From Gnetum montanum (Eukaryota > Plantae > Gnetophyta), in NCBI GenBank assembly GCA_015680685.1, contig MNCI01002118.1, forward strand, positions 471,042 through 535,041: 64,000 nucleotides of DNA, written 5' to 3'. Under the pieces are notes generated by a model. It made no database searches, was not told where the DNA came from, and saw nothing but the letters and a program-made list of their open reading frames with translations. Both the position numbers and the translations under genes were made by a program. The first letter of the stretch is position 1, and each line of letters starts with the position of its first letter. This document shows positions 39,760 through 52,362 of this stretch, one piece after another.

Positions 39760-40217
39760 CTGGAAGTATAAATAAAAATTACAAAATAAATTCAACGGTA
39801 AAAAAATAAAGTTCATTACAAACTTCTTAAAGCAATGCAAAACAAGAAATATAACCATAAATTATAATGGATACACTTTTCAATGATCACAGTTCACGTC
39901 CGTGAATGTTCCCATCAAGTCACTAATGTAATTCACAACTATCTGATGATCTAAACAGCACAGCACTAAGTTTTATCATTAATAAACTCTTTTATTATTA
40001 TTATTATTAGGCGATGGATGCCCGGTCATGTTCCTCGGTTGCTCTCTAAAAACTTTAGTATAATTATTCAATTCCAATGAATGCCTGGTGCAAATCTCCA
40101 ATGTCTTATAAAAATTATTAATTTCATGAGAGAGTTATCTATCATTAAGTTTGTTCATTGAATTTGTAAGGACAATCATAGTAGTCATCATATAGCCGAT
40201 AATAAAGACAGCTATTA

Positions 40218-43200
40218 TGTAACAACGTTGCCCCAACGTTGCCCGGCACCCCAAGGAATTCACAAAGATCCAACAAATCTGGGGCAGAAGACCTAGGGAA
40301 TACGCCTCAAACAAGCAAGCATCTCACGAGTGCAAGCAAAAGAGAACCAAGCAAACAAGCGCACACACAACCTCGTAGACCACATCGATGAAAAGGGAGA
40401 CAATGCACCTACAAGGGAAGGTACCTCACCCCCAAATCCCTCACGATCTGGTACAAGGTGTCGCATGGCACCGCACCAAAACTATCCAGTCTTGGCTGCC
40501 TACATATCTACGACCNNNNNNNNNNNNNNNNNNNNNNNNNNNNNNNNNNNNNNNNNNNNNNNNNNNNNNNNNNNNNNNNNNNNNNNNNNNNNNNNNNNNN
40601 NNNNNNNNNNNNNNNNNNNNNNNNNNNNNNNNNNNNNNNNNNNNNNNNNNNNNNNNNNNNNNNNNNNNNNNNNNNNNNNNNNNNNNNNNNNNNNNNNNNN
40701 NNNNNNNNNNNNNNNNNNNNNNNNNNNNNNNNNNNNNNNNNNNNNNNNNNNNNNNNNNNNNNNNNNNNNNNNNNNNNNNNNNNNNNNNNNNNNNNNNNNN
40801 NNNNNNNNNNNNNNNNNNNNNNNNNNNNNNNNNNNNNNNNNNNNNNNNNNNNNNNNNNNNNNNNNNNNNNNNNNNNNNNNNNNNNNNNNNNNNNNNNNNN
40901 NNNNNNNNNNNNNNNNNNNNNNNNNNNNNNNNNNNNNNNNNNNNNNNNNNNNNNNNNNNNNNNNNNNNNNNNNNNNNNNNNNNNNNNNNNNNNNNNNNNN
41001 NNNNNNNNNNNNNNNNNNNNNNNNNNNNNNATTTTTTTGAGGGCTCACCAAGGCCACTACCCATGGTGAGGGACTTGGGAACATCACACCGAGAGGGAGG
41101 ACATGCTCCTAAGAGCCATGTCTCCGCAAGCAACTCATGCTTGCCAAAACTCCATGGTCTGCTACTCGCATCGAGACCCATGGGGTCTCACCAGTGCAAC
41201 CATCTAAGCACTAATTCCACATGCATCGGTACCGTGCGCAATCTTTTTTCTCATCATTTTTGTTCAAGCTGGTATGAAGGGAGTCAAGCATGTTCTCCCT
41301 TACAAACAAGGTACAAGGGCAGATCTTTGAGCTTGACCTTGCTGTCTGCAGACACCAGCATCGCATGCCTCAATCCATCATTCATCATTCCCTAGTATTC
41401 CAACAAGAGAGAAGATCCAAAAATCTATTTGGAAACTTCTCCAAGAGGCTACATACAACAAGCCCCAACTTTCAGCAACACCTCTTGTGATTGTCCAACA
41501 TCGAGAATGCCTGCTCGAATGTTAGAACAAGGGAGGGTCAATTGGGCAACCAACCCCATGACAATCCTCCATCACCTGTCTCATATCAGCTATAAGCACA
41601 TCATCGAATGCAACCATAATATCCCGTTCATGGAGAAGGGTCACCCACATTTTCCACATGCAAGCCATCCTTCCCAAACCAAGTTATGGGACAAGCACCA
41701 TTTTCTGAACACAAGGTCCAGGAACAATATAGAGTCACCTCTGAGAGTAACCTGATCATGAATTCTCCGAGGAACATCAACGTTCTCAGAATTTGCATTT
41801 CCCCACNNNNNNNNNNNNNNNNNNNNNNNNNNNNNNNNNNNNNNNNNNNNNNNNNNNNNNNNNNNNNNNNNNNNNNNNNNNNNNNNNNNNNNNNNNNNNN
41901 NNNNNNNNNNNNNNNNNNNNNNNNNNNNNNNNNNNNNNNNNNNNNNNNNNNNNNNNNNNNNNNNNNNNNNNNNNNNNNNNNNNNNNNNNNNNNNNNNNNN
42001 NNNNNNNNNNNNNNNNNNNNNNNNNNNNNNNNNNNNNNNNNNNNNNNNNNNNNNNNNNNNNNNNNNNNNNNNNNNNNNNNNNNNNNNNNNNNNNNNNNNN
42101 NNNNNNNNNNNNNNNNNNNNNNNNNNNNNNNNNNNNNNNNNNNNNNNNNNNNNNNNNNNNNNNNNNNNNNNNNNNNNNNNNNNNNNNNNNNNNNNNNNNN
42201 NNNNNNNNNNNNNNNNNNNNNNNNNNNNNNNNNNNNNNNNNNNNNNNNNNNNNNNNNNNNNNNNNNNNNNNNNNNNNNNNNNNNNNNNNNNNNNNNNNNN
42301 NNNNNNNNNNNNNNNNNNNNNNNNNNNNNNNNNNNNNNNNNNNNNNNNNNNNNNNNNNNNNNNNNNNNNNNTTTACAACAAGGATGGTCTACCAGAGAAC
42401 CCCAACAAGAAAGTTCCTCTGAAGATCCCAAAACTACGAGAGTACACAAGATCATGCCTTGCCTACAAGAAGAGCAATATGTATCTTTAATTTACATCAA
42501 CAACATGACCTCACAAAGGAGGTATAATGAATTTCACCAGGGTAACAACATTCTGTCTCTAAGAACAAGCCCCACGAGTTCATGATCATAGGACCACTAC
42601 TAGGAACAAGTCCCAAACATTAATTGCTTACAGGAGACAACCGTCTCAATACCACCTGCCTTATTATTTCAAGAACTGAAGAGGGTATCCATTGAAATGG
42701 AGAATGATCCCTCATGATCAACTCTACTATCCCACTAGGGAGGTGAGATCACCAACATGAATTAACATCACACTAGAGACATGGGACAATACATCAGCAA
42801 GGGACTCTGTAATACATCAGTGTACATAAGGGACAGAGTACACGGGACAATTTTAATACATCAATGTACATAAGGGACAGAGTACACCGAACAATTTAGC
42901 AAGACACCATAGCCTATTAGGCACAACGAGTCCCCTATCATGGAATCACACCATAGACCACGAAGGCACCAATCAGTCCTAATCTATGAGAGTGCATCCT
43001 AGCTCTCCAACACACCAAAGCAATTTGTTATGAGAGCCCACCAACATGCACAAACCATTAGAAGCCCACAATCATGAAAGCATCGGCTCAAGTGTTTTGG
43101 GCACATTCAAGCCCACCAAGCAAGGCCACCAAGAGAAATCACAAGTTCTGTATCTGTAACGTCATTTTTTCAAGGATGGACCACCATCCCAACGTTTGGA

Positions 43201-46080
43201 CTACTGCTCCACGATCGCTTCCAACATGGAAGAGCAAGTCTAGGTGCCACTACCCAAAACTCTACTCAAACCCACCGTTAGACATCACATTGATGTGAAT
43301 TTCAGTCACCATCGATCATCTGTGGACAAGATCTTTGCCAGTCCAGGAACACAAGAAAATGTGTTCCCAAGATTTTTCCTGTTCACCAAGCATACACCCT
43401 CTAGGCATGCCAACATCATCAAGAACACATGGCACCAATTCTAGAGCATAATGGGCAAGGACATGCCCTGGTCCGTTCATTACAACACCGTATCACAACT
43501 AAAGCATTTCTCATGAGGTTTTCAGCAGAATTATACATCAAGGCACAAAGGCCATTTACAACATATAGCAAGGGCACTTTAAAACAAGCACCAGGAAAAC
43601 ACCATACATCAAGCTTGGCCTTGTCACAGTGTGTGGCATAGGCCTACAACCAGGAGACAACTGAGTCATATAGGAAATACATCTAGCACTTTTGAGTGCA
43701 TACAACCGAATTGAGAATACCACAAGGGTACATTTCACACCCAAGGATCGGATTACATTCATATATGGTAACATACATGATATTTGGGAATGCTACCCAA
43801 TCCTAAAAGGCTGTAGGACAAACTACCCAAACCCTTCCTAGGCTGGAAGATTTAGGCCACTAAGAGCATACCAGAAAAACCTGTCTCTGTCACGAAGCAT
43901 AAATGATCATCTGTCATTGCAGCATTGTCTCAAAAGATACATGATCTACTATCACACTGAACCGACTACATGGGTAACCTCGAACGAAAACGATTCAAGA
44001 CACGAACGCAACGATCGAATAAGGAAACACACCAACTGAGTATCCACCATCCTGCCAATAGTGGGACCTCATTGCATTGGCCACTCCTGGGCCATCAGTA
44101 TCCGGCATAGCCAAGGATACCATTTTATGCCATCTGCTAGCCCAATATCTGTAGGGTCTAGGACAGATCACCGTCCTCTGTTAGTGCTCCCCCAGCACTG
44201 AGAGGCAAACAAATCATGATGTACCTGCTGATGCATCACAGCCAAGGTACTGATAAATCCACAACCCAATGTTGGGATTCTGAGACCAAATAATCAGTTC
44301 ATGAAGGTCTCAGGAGCACATATCTTCCCCATAGACATAGTGCTCCCAGAATCAACTGAGGTCACCACTGGCTACATCTTTATACCTGTGCTACCTGCAA
44401 ACACTGAGACACAAGCTCAGAAACATAGGAGTTAGCAGGAACACGATTAGCACATCAGCCTCATTCACAACCATCAAGCATGATCATATAACAAAGAGAT
44501 ATCACTCTTGCACATCATAAAATTCAAGACCTCAACAACATGTATAGAGATCAATCATGCAAAACATTGATGGAGGAATCCGATCCCCACTCGAATAAAC
44601 GATTTCACCATGAGACACACCAAGAGAGAGATAGCACACTCTCAAAATTTCAATATTCATACATAACAATCATTCCCAGCAACTAGCACTGGCCTCAACC
44701 AGGACCAAAATTTCAACACACTCGTATGAGTCATGGGCAATAGACAATCGTCAACTCAACCCAAAAATAAGGAGGAAGACCAAGGTCTATCCAACAACAA
44801 GTCTACATCAAACCAATTCTCGCAACAATGAGCAACATCACGAAGGATGCGTTCATGAGAAGACCCTCATTAAAAGAGGTGTGGGCTCAACAAGAACCAA
44901 CAATAGGATGACCCACACCAGTAGTCTTCAAATTAGAATGACCAAGAATGTCACCAATCAAAATAGTGATGCCACAAGCAACACCACCAGCTCAACAAGG
45001 AGCACAACTCACAAGGATCAACAATAAGGGCAATCATGCCTCATGCACAATACGTTGTCAAACAAGACAATAGCCATTTGACTTTGGGATGACACAAACA
45101 ACCACTTCATCCTCAACGTTCCCAACAATAAGTCATCATACCACGTAAAACATTTAAGCCTTGCGTTACGAATGATAGACGCAACCACGATAACACACAT
45201 GCAGAATTTAAAAGCACAACCAAGAAGACACGCATACAGAAATAGACAAACATACAATCGCAAACACGAACATACGAAGTCTACCGGCAACGGTCTTAGT
45301 CCACCCAGAACAAGGCTCACCAGGAGCACATGTCCGAAGACCTCCATCCTGAGGTACCTAGGAACCATCTTGTCCCCATTTGTATTTTCCCATACTCACT
45401 GTATCTAGGGTGAGTGGGAGTGCCAAGGATATCATATCCTACACGATTCAACAAATGCCATCTCGAACATGTCATCTGGGTGGAGACCGAAGCAGAGACT
45501 CGGTTTGATTCATCCCAGATGAATCACTAGAGACCTGAGATGAGAGCTCCTTGAGCAACATAATTCCTGAGTTGCCAATAGAACTTCTCTCAACCATATT
45601 GCATACAATCACTAGTCCAACCACAAGTAAACAAGTGAAGGACATCACCACAACACCATCATTTATATCCTTAGGGAGAGCAACATACATCAATTGCTCA
45701 CAATTTCTCATCTATCCCCTTATTAAGAGTGAAGAACACTGCCATCAAGAAACTCTTCAAAAACACATAAGGATATGATCCTAGATCACCTAGGTATCAA
45801 TCCAAAGGGACCATTAACCAAACAAGCTCAATGGAGTAACACCACCAAAGAGCACAAGGCCACCCTCAAAGGGAGTGGTTAGCCAAAGTTGAGAATGGGG
45901 TTAGCTAGTTTCTATCGGAAACCTCACAAACCACAAACCCTGATACCCACTTAGCGAGAAACTTTTACCACTCACTAAAACTATAAGCTCTGATACCATC
46001 TGTAACAACGTTGCCCGGCACCCCAAGGAATTCACAAAGGTCCAACAGATCTGGGGCAGAAGACCTGGGGAATACACCTA
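40218..46080 (-). mobile_element. Decayed Ty3/Gypsy chromovirus (Tekay-like); 5' LTR truncated at 46080
   Basis: LTR end tgtaacaacgttgccc...ggggcagaagacct at 40218 and 46001; tRNA-Met PBS TGGTATCAGAGC on the minus strand at ~45987-45998; integrase/chromodomain-like remnants RIVMGLVAQLTLP and EKRLRTVPMHVELVLRW at 41.2-41.6 kb. Confidence 0.75.
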
Positions 46081-46388
46081 TTGAAACCCACTTTTGAGTT
46101 TAAAGTCCATTATGTTAACAGTTAACGTATTGATGCATATGTTGAGAGTAACGAAAACAGAGTACAGCATCTAGAAATGAGAGTTACACCAAGGTGTGGT
46201 TAGAATCATGACCTTGCAAAGTGCTAATCATGTTCACCTTGATTGTGTATATGATTTTTCCATACGCCATGACAATCAAATCAGCCTTACATGGAGTCTG
46301 CGCATAACTTATCATTAGATAGTAAATATGATATATTGCTAGCAATTCAATAATTGAGGTTATATACAAAAATCCTTTATAGGTTCAA
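46081..46388 (+). repeat. 308-bp direct repeat, copy 1 (copy 2 at 62944-63251), bracketing the viral insert
   Basis: ttgaaacccacttttgagttt...aaaatcctttataggttcaa is present at both sites with a few substitutions. Confidence 0.92.
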
Positions 46389-46638
46389 TTGCCTAATACA
46401 ATTCAGAAATGGCAAGAAAGACATACGGTTCGATCTGAACATAGAAATGGCAAGAAAGACATACGGTTCGATCTGAACATATGCAACCGATGATGTATGT
46501 CGCCATCTTCTTCATAATAATCCATCATTTCTGCATCCTCACCACCATCATAATGAACTTCTATTTCCATATCTTGCTGGTCTTCAATTTGTTGTTGTGT
46601 CGAGATGCATAGCTTGTTCAATGAACCAAGTAGTTCAG

Positions 46639-47052
46639 TCTGTTTTGTGTTTATGTCCAGAACCTGATGGACCTTTGTTACCTTTCACATCCAATCCCAC
46701 TCACGTTATTTTTGAAATTTCCAAATTATCTGATGATGAACCTGAAGAAAACCTTTCTGTTACCCAAGTTGAACCTGAAGAAAGCCTTCTTGTTGCCCAA
46801 GTCAAATCCATCGACAAATATGGCTTTAGTTATCTGTACCCTCCTGAAACAGCTACTACCTCCTCTCATGTTATTCCTGTAATCCCTGACCTAAACCAAG
46901 ACACTAGCCCGTTTGAGGAAGAAGATCAAATTCTGCTAGACAGAGTTGCTGAAGGGTCGACAAGGATCTATGATGAAATAGCCAATCCGGTCTATGATGA
47001 AGAAACAGAAGCACAGATCCAGCAAGAGGAAGATAGAAGATTCAGACTATAG
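46639..47052 (+). pseudogene. Viral ORF1 3' part (inverted second copy)
   Basis: SVLCLCPEPD...QQEEDRRFRL is near-identical to the C-terminus of 61138-61974(-). Confidence 0.85.
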
Positions 47053-47061
47053 CTTTTTAAT

Positions 47062-48357
47062 ATGGTGGTTCAACAACAAATTGAAGACCACCAAGATATG
47101 GAAATAGAAGTTTATTATGATGGTGGTGAGGATGCAGAAATGATGGATTATTATGAAGAAGATGGCAACATACATCATCGGTTGCATATGTTCAAATCGA
47201 ACAGAATGCAGTTAACTGAAGCTAAGCTAGAATCTGGAGAAATATCTAAAGCTCAAAAGAAAATCCTTCCATTTGCTGAAGCAATGAAAAAGCACAAGTC
47301 ATTCCTGTCCTCTGAGCACAAAGATATCAAATTTCCAGATATCCCGAAAGACGCCATTTACAACTTTGCCAACACATTTTTTGCAAGACTGTCTACATCC
47401 ATCAAACAGACAGAAACTCTCCTGGATATTAAAGGTAAAAGTATTCGTCCTATTTTTTTGCCAATGTTTACAGAAGGAGAAATTGAAAGGTGGAAAAAGC
47501 AAGGTCATAATTATGTACACTTAGGTCAAATTGATATCATGGTTAGCCCAAAGTTTAATTATGATATCGGTGCAGAGTATGTTGTTACTTTGTTAGATAG
47601 TAGAGTTATCGGAGATGGAACAAGTTGTGATCCCGAAGTTGCTTGGGAAAAAGCCAAGATCTATCAGTTTCAAGGTAGATTAGATACAGATGCATTGTGC
47701 ACAGTTCAACCAAATTTTCAGTTAGCATTAGCTGATGATTTCATCACAAGTGCATTATTGCTTTGCATTGAAGTTCAAGGAGTTGAATTGTTACCTGGTT
47801 CAGTGTATGCTGCAGTTGCCGCTAGAGGCACATTTCAATTGTCTAATACAATTCTAATGAATCATAAACTGAAATGGAGAGTTCAATTTCCTAAGGGAAG
47901 TCAACATCTTATCAAGTGTGGTAAAAGTATTCAAGCTCTAGGTTATGTGCAGTCTTTTCCGAAGATTCAGACTCTTATGCAAGATCATGAGTTCAAAACT
48001 TATGAGAAACCCAAATTCAGATGGAGTCAATATCTAGTTCAACAATTTGGAAGATCTGCAGTAATCACTCTTGAAGCAATTCCATCAGTTCTACCTCCGC
48101 GCAAACTGTTAGAGAAACCAAGTTCATCCAAACAAGCTGAAGGATCAACATTACCAAATTTTGATACTAGAGGTACTATGTTCATGTTTCAACATAGGTT
48201 AAATATGTTTACTCCCACAAGTTACAGGCAAATGGAGATCGAAGGTTACTCAGTGGTGGAAGATGGCCTCCTCAAGCCGCTTATGCTACAATTGCCTCGC
48301 AGACAAACCCTCCTCAGACACGAGCATATTGCAGTTATTTGCTCAAACATTCTCTGA
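47062..48357 (+). CDS. Caulimovirid movement protein (30K superfamily), inverted copy; MP core open, 1-nt frameshift at ~48230
   Basis: YVHLGQIDIMVSP...VVTLLDSR...VQPNFQLAL is the Viral_movement motif; near-identical to 59887-61128(-). Confidence 0.88.
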   Translation: MVVQQQIEDHQDMEIEVYYDGGEDAEMMDYYEEDGNIHHRLHMFKSNRMQLTEAKLESGEISKAQKKILPFAEAMKKHKSFLSSEHKDIKFPDIPKDAIYNFANTFFARLSTSIKQTETLLDIKGKSIRPIFLPMFTEGEIERWKKQGHNYVHLGQIDIMVSPKFNYDIGAEYVVTLLDSRVIGDGTSCDPEVAWEKAKIYQFQGRLDTDALCTVQPNFQLALADDFITSALLLCIEVQGVELLPGSVYAAVAARGTFQLSNTILMNHKLKWRVQFPKGSQHLIKCGKSIQALGYVQSFPKIQTLMQDHEFKTYEKPKFRWSQYLVQQFGRSAVITLEAIPSVLPPRKLLEKPSSSKQAEGSTLPNFDTRGTMFMFQHRLNMFTPTSYRQMEIEGYSVVEDGLLKPLMLQLPRRQTLLRHEHIAVICSNIL

Positions 48358-48399
48358 ATAGTACCACAGATCAACAATTCGAGATTCGTCAACTGAACT

Positions 48400-48874
48400 A
48401 CTTGGTTCATTGGACAAGCTATGCATCTCGACACATCAACAAAATTGAAGATCAATTGGATACAATTGAAGGTGGAGTTGATAAAGTTGGAGATCAATGC
48501 AATTAGCTGTCAAAAGAAATGACAGACCATCTCGAAGCATATGATGCTATTCAAAAAGAAAGATTTGAGCCTCAAAATCAAAAACGTCAACAATCGAGCG
48601 AGAAGGTACTCAAATTTCATGAAATTTTTACTTTGGAAAATCAAATGAAGTTGCCCATTCAACCAACTAAGGAGACACCTCCCACACAACCTACAAAAGA
48701 AACAGTTGCAGATGCCAAAGATAAAGTTCTGCTAGAAAAGGTTAAAAAGCTAATGGAAGAAAAGAAGGAAAAGAAACCTTCTACATCTCAGCCTCCGCCT
48801 ACAGCGCCTCCTTCAACCGAAGAAGAAGTGAAGTCAGAACCAAGGACACCAACACCTATATCAGAAGAATGCCA
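48400..48874 (+). pseudogene. Viral polyprotein coiled-coil/linker between MP and CP (inverted copy)
   Basis: Matches 59330-59796(-); ends at the junction ...gaagaatgcca. Confidence 0.8.
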
Positions 48875-48879
48875 TCATT

Positions 48880-49258
48880 GGAGATACTCCTTGGCCTTAT
48901 CGTTTGGAAACAATGGTCAGCGGATAAGCAAGATGTTGTTGAGAACTTCCATTTTTGAGAGATGTGTCAACATTCTGGGTTCTAGGTAGCTCCATCGTAG
49001 ATTGTTCACAATACAATCTATCCTTCTTGCCATGTTAATGAAAAGATCTAGCGTTCGATATTGCTTACTAATACTCATTGTAGAATCTTTTGGGAAGAAC
49101 CTTGAAATGAGGCGACACCATCGAACATGTTCCTCTAGAGTGTTGAGTGGCCATGATAGCCATTCATCTACATCTTGTAGTGGATTTTGCGAACTACTAC
49201 TTCCTTCAGGCTGCAACATTTTGATCTGAGCTTGAGGTTTTAATTCTTTGGTAAGCAC
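48880..49258 (-). pseudogene. Uncharacterised region in frame with the RNase H C-terminus
   Basis: ...FSVERIPGPINFLLDVLTKELKPQAQIKMLQPEG...LNNILLIR reads without a stop after the RNase H end motif. Confidence 0.65.
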
Positions 49259-49640
49259 ATCAAGTAGGAAATTAATTGGACCTGGAATCCTTTCAACTGA
49301 GAACTAATACTGGCTAAAAGAAATTGCCACCAAGCAAATCGTTGGAGCTTAGGAGAAGGTGTGATTTTTCTTCTCAACAATGCAACAAGATTAGCAGAAT
49401 CAATCCTTAAAATAAATAGATCTTCTACCAGGTAAATGTGAAACTTTTCAAGACCTCTAATCGCTGCTAAGATTTCCTTCTCTGCTGGCCAATAATTCAA
49501 TTCATGCTTATGAAACGCACCGAATGCATAAGCACAAACCTCTTCTTCATTTCGGGATCCTTTTCTTAACAAAATAGCGGCCCAAGCATCAAAGCTAGCA
49601 TCTGTGTTAAGCACAAACGGACCTTTGACTATTGGATTTA
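49240..49640 (-). pseudogene. Viral RNase H
   Basis: LNTDASFDAWAAIL...CAYAFGAFHKHELNYWPAEKEILAAIRGLEKFHIYL...FILRIDS. Confidence 0.9.
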
Positions 49641-49699
49641 GCGATGGTAGATTCTGATATTCATTTTTCAGCTGGATTACCTAATCTGAAGCTTTCTTT

Positions 49700-50740
49700 G
49701 TCCAAATAAATGGAACCTGGTTTTTACACCATCTAATCTCTGTAGTTTTATCAAAAAATTTGTCAATATACTTAAAAACATAGTTTACACATCCTAAAAA
49801 CCTTAGACATTGCTCCTTATTTTCGAAAGGCGATCTGGAAATTGCTTGATCTTCAAAAGGACATGTGGCTGCATGAAGATCTTTCCATCTTTTATCTGTA
49901 CTCCGAGAAATTCTATTTCTCTTCTCCCAATTTGAAACTTGTGTGGATCTTTTGATAAACCAATTCCATGTTGTCTACACATATTAGCAAACTGATTCAA
50001 ATGTTTAACATGATCTTCAAGTGATTCAGAATAAATTAGGAAATCATCAATGTAATTAGCAATAAATTCTTTACATTTCCCAAATACTGCATCCATGCGA
50101 TGTTGAAACTGTGAAGGAGCATTCTTCAAACCGAATGGCATCACTGTCCATTCATAGAGTCCTTGCGGTGTACTGAAGGTTGTTTTGTGAACATCTTCTT
50201 TTGAAATATTTATCTGGTGATACCCGCTCTTACAATCAAACTTACTGAAATAAAACTTCACTGCAACCTTTTGAATTAAACTCTCTTTGTTGGGTAATGG
50301 CCATTTAACATCAATTGTTACTGCATTCAAAGGAATGTAGCTTATGACCATTCGAGCTTTACCTCGTTTTACTTCGACATGGTTGTGCACAATGAAATAG
50401 CACAAAAATAATTAGACTGTGAAGGTCTAATTAATCCTTTCTTCAGAAATTCTTCCACTTGCCGGACCATTTCTTCAGTATCTGGCGGATTTAGTAGAAT
50501 CTACTTGCTTTGAACTAGAATGTTGTGGACTGTTGGAATGTAGGCGACTGGACTATCCTTATCCCAAAATTCTAAAGGATGTTCGCAACAACAAGACTGG
50601 AGTTCCTGAAAACATGGTACTAACCTATGTTCTTCTGTATTCAAGTCAATATGGGCTTTCTTGATCTGTTGGATATGTTGGTACTTGGCACGTGCAATAT
50701 CTTCCATTTCATATTGTGAAATGATCTCGGTCATTGTTGG
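49700..50740 (-). pseudogene. Viral reverse transcriptase
   Basis: HVEVKRGKARMVISYIPLN, FSKFDCKSGYHQI, GLYEWTVMPFGLKNAPSQFQ, YIDDFLIYS, IEFLG: caulimovirid-type RT. Confidence 0.93.
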
Positions 50741-50761
50741 ATTTTGCCGAAATTGCTTCAG

Positions 50762-51180
50762 CTATGGATGCTTGTTTCTTTGCATTGCTGCTAGGATCCT
50801 TCCTATTATAATTTTTGGTCTGGGATCTTGAAGAGGTGATGAACAAACAATCATATCCGGACCAATTGTGTAAGGACCAATACTATCCATAAAGTGAGCG
50901 CCTAGGCCAATATCAAAACCATTGTCTGATACTTGAACAAAATTAGTCGTGCTGACATATTCATCATTCAATAAGATTGGAATATTGAAAGCAAAATGTG
51001 ACAAACTTCTTACTCCATTCATGGTTTCTAGAGTAACTGGCTTAGAATTCTCTTCCCATTTTTCCAAAACATTTTTGAGACAAAAATTAAGAATCGCACC
51101 TGTATCTATGAAAGCTTGATACTTTCTCCATTTCTGTCTCCGTCAACTGCAATTTTAATTGGGATCAACAAAACACTATG
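50762..51180 (-). pseudogene. Viral aspartic protease
   Basis: QAFIDTGA (51097-51118) and DIGLGAHFM. Confidence 0.85.
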
Positions 51181-51288
51181 TAAAGACAATAAATGCTTGA
51201 TCTGATGTTGGAGCTCTGGAGTTGTCTTCTTCTTAGGGTTTCTCCTAATTCTTGCTTGCTTGGCTTCTACATTAACTGAAAATTTCTT

Positions 51289-52342
51289 CTAATAAGGGGT
51301 TATCAGAAACTTCGGGACTTTCTGCATGATCTTGGGCTGCAGCTCATCATTTGTTGATGTATCTTCTTGAGTTCCTGCTCTAGGCAATGTTTCCTTGCAA
51401 CCAAACGTTGAAGAGATGCTGGGTTTTTGATCTCCTAAATCTTTGTCTGTTTCCCATTTGTGTTCATTTTCAGAAATGTCTGATTCAAGCCAATCTTCTA
51501 ATTCTTGCCAACTGCAATCAACTTCTGCATTGGTTTCATTAAAATCATTAAGAGAAATATTTGAAAACCAATCTTCATCATTGACATCTTCATCTAGAAG
51601 TCCGTGCATCATGTTGCTTCTTCCTACTAGTTCTGGTTCTTCTTCTTCTTCTGAAGACTGTTCTAACCCTGATGACTGATCTTGATCTGAATCTGAAATG
51701 AGCTGGATGGTAAAACACTGTTCATTGTGTTCTTGCAGATCATCCACTGGTTCCCATTCCGAATGAGCTTCAAAAAAAGCTTTGAGCTTTCCTCCATCAT
51801 TTCGCGACCCATCTGGACATTCATAGGCATAATGTCCTTGTCGTTTGCAGGTGTAATATGTGACTGATCTTCGCTTGATCGGACCAGATCTTCTTCGTGA
51901 AAAGAACTTTCTTCTTCCGGGCTTGAATGTCTTTCTTGCTGTCCATCTTTTCCTTGAATATCTCGGGAAACTTCTTCTTTTTGCAAATCGCTTCTTTGGA
52001 TGTTTTGAGGGAGCTCTGGGAGGAGGCCCAAATGAATCTACTCCGTCTAAATTTGCACATACTTCAGCTGATGGTAAGAGCTTTTGTAAAGACATATTAT
52101 AACATGCAAACTGCAACTCTTGTCTTACCATATGAACTACATCAGTAAAATATGTTAAAGACAAATATATATCCTTTTCTAAAGCTTTATACAACACCAT
52201 TTGTCATAATTTAGCTGGTAAATTTCCTAAATACAGATAATTGATCATCTGATCTATGTGCAATGCCAGGCGGTAAACTTCATTTGCATACTCAACCTTG
52301 AATTGTTCAAAGTAGCACAAATCTCCCAACTTCCTTTGACTT
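51289..52342 (-). pseudogene. Viral capsid protein, C-terminal part with zinc knuckle
   Basis: Basic R/K region, then YYTCKRQGHYAYECP (CX2CX4HX4C with first C>Y), then an acidic tail. Confidence 0.85.
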
Positions 52343-52362
52343 AACAATAGCTCATCTGGACC

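Noticed and set aside
48230-48357. C-terminal ~40 aa of the 431-aa MP ORF as real protein
   Set aside because: The other copy has one extra T here; with it the frame continues into the coil/CP region, so this tail is a frameshift product.
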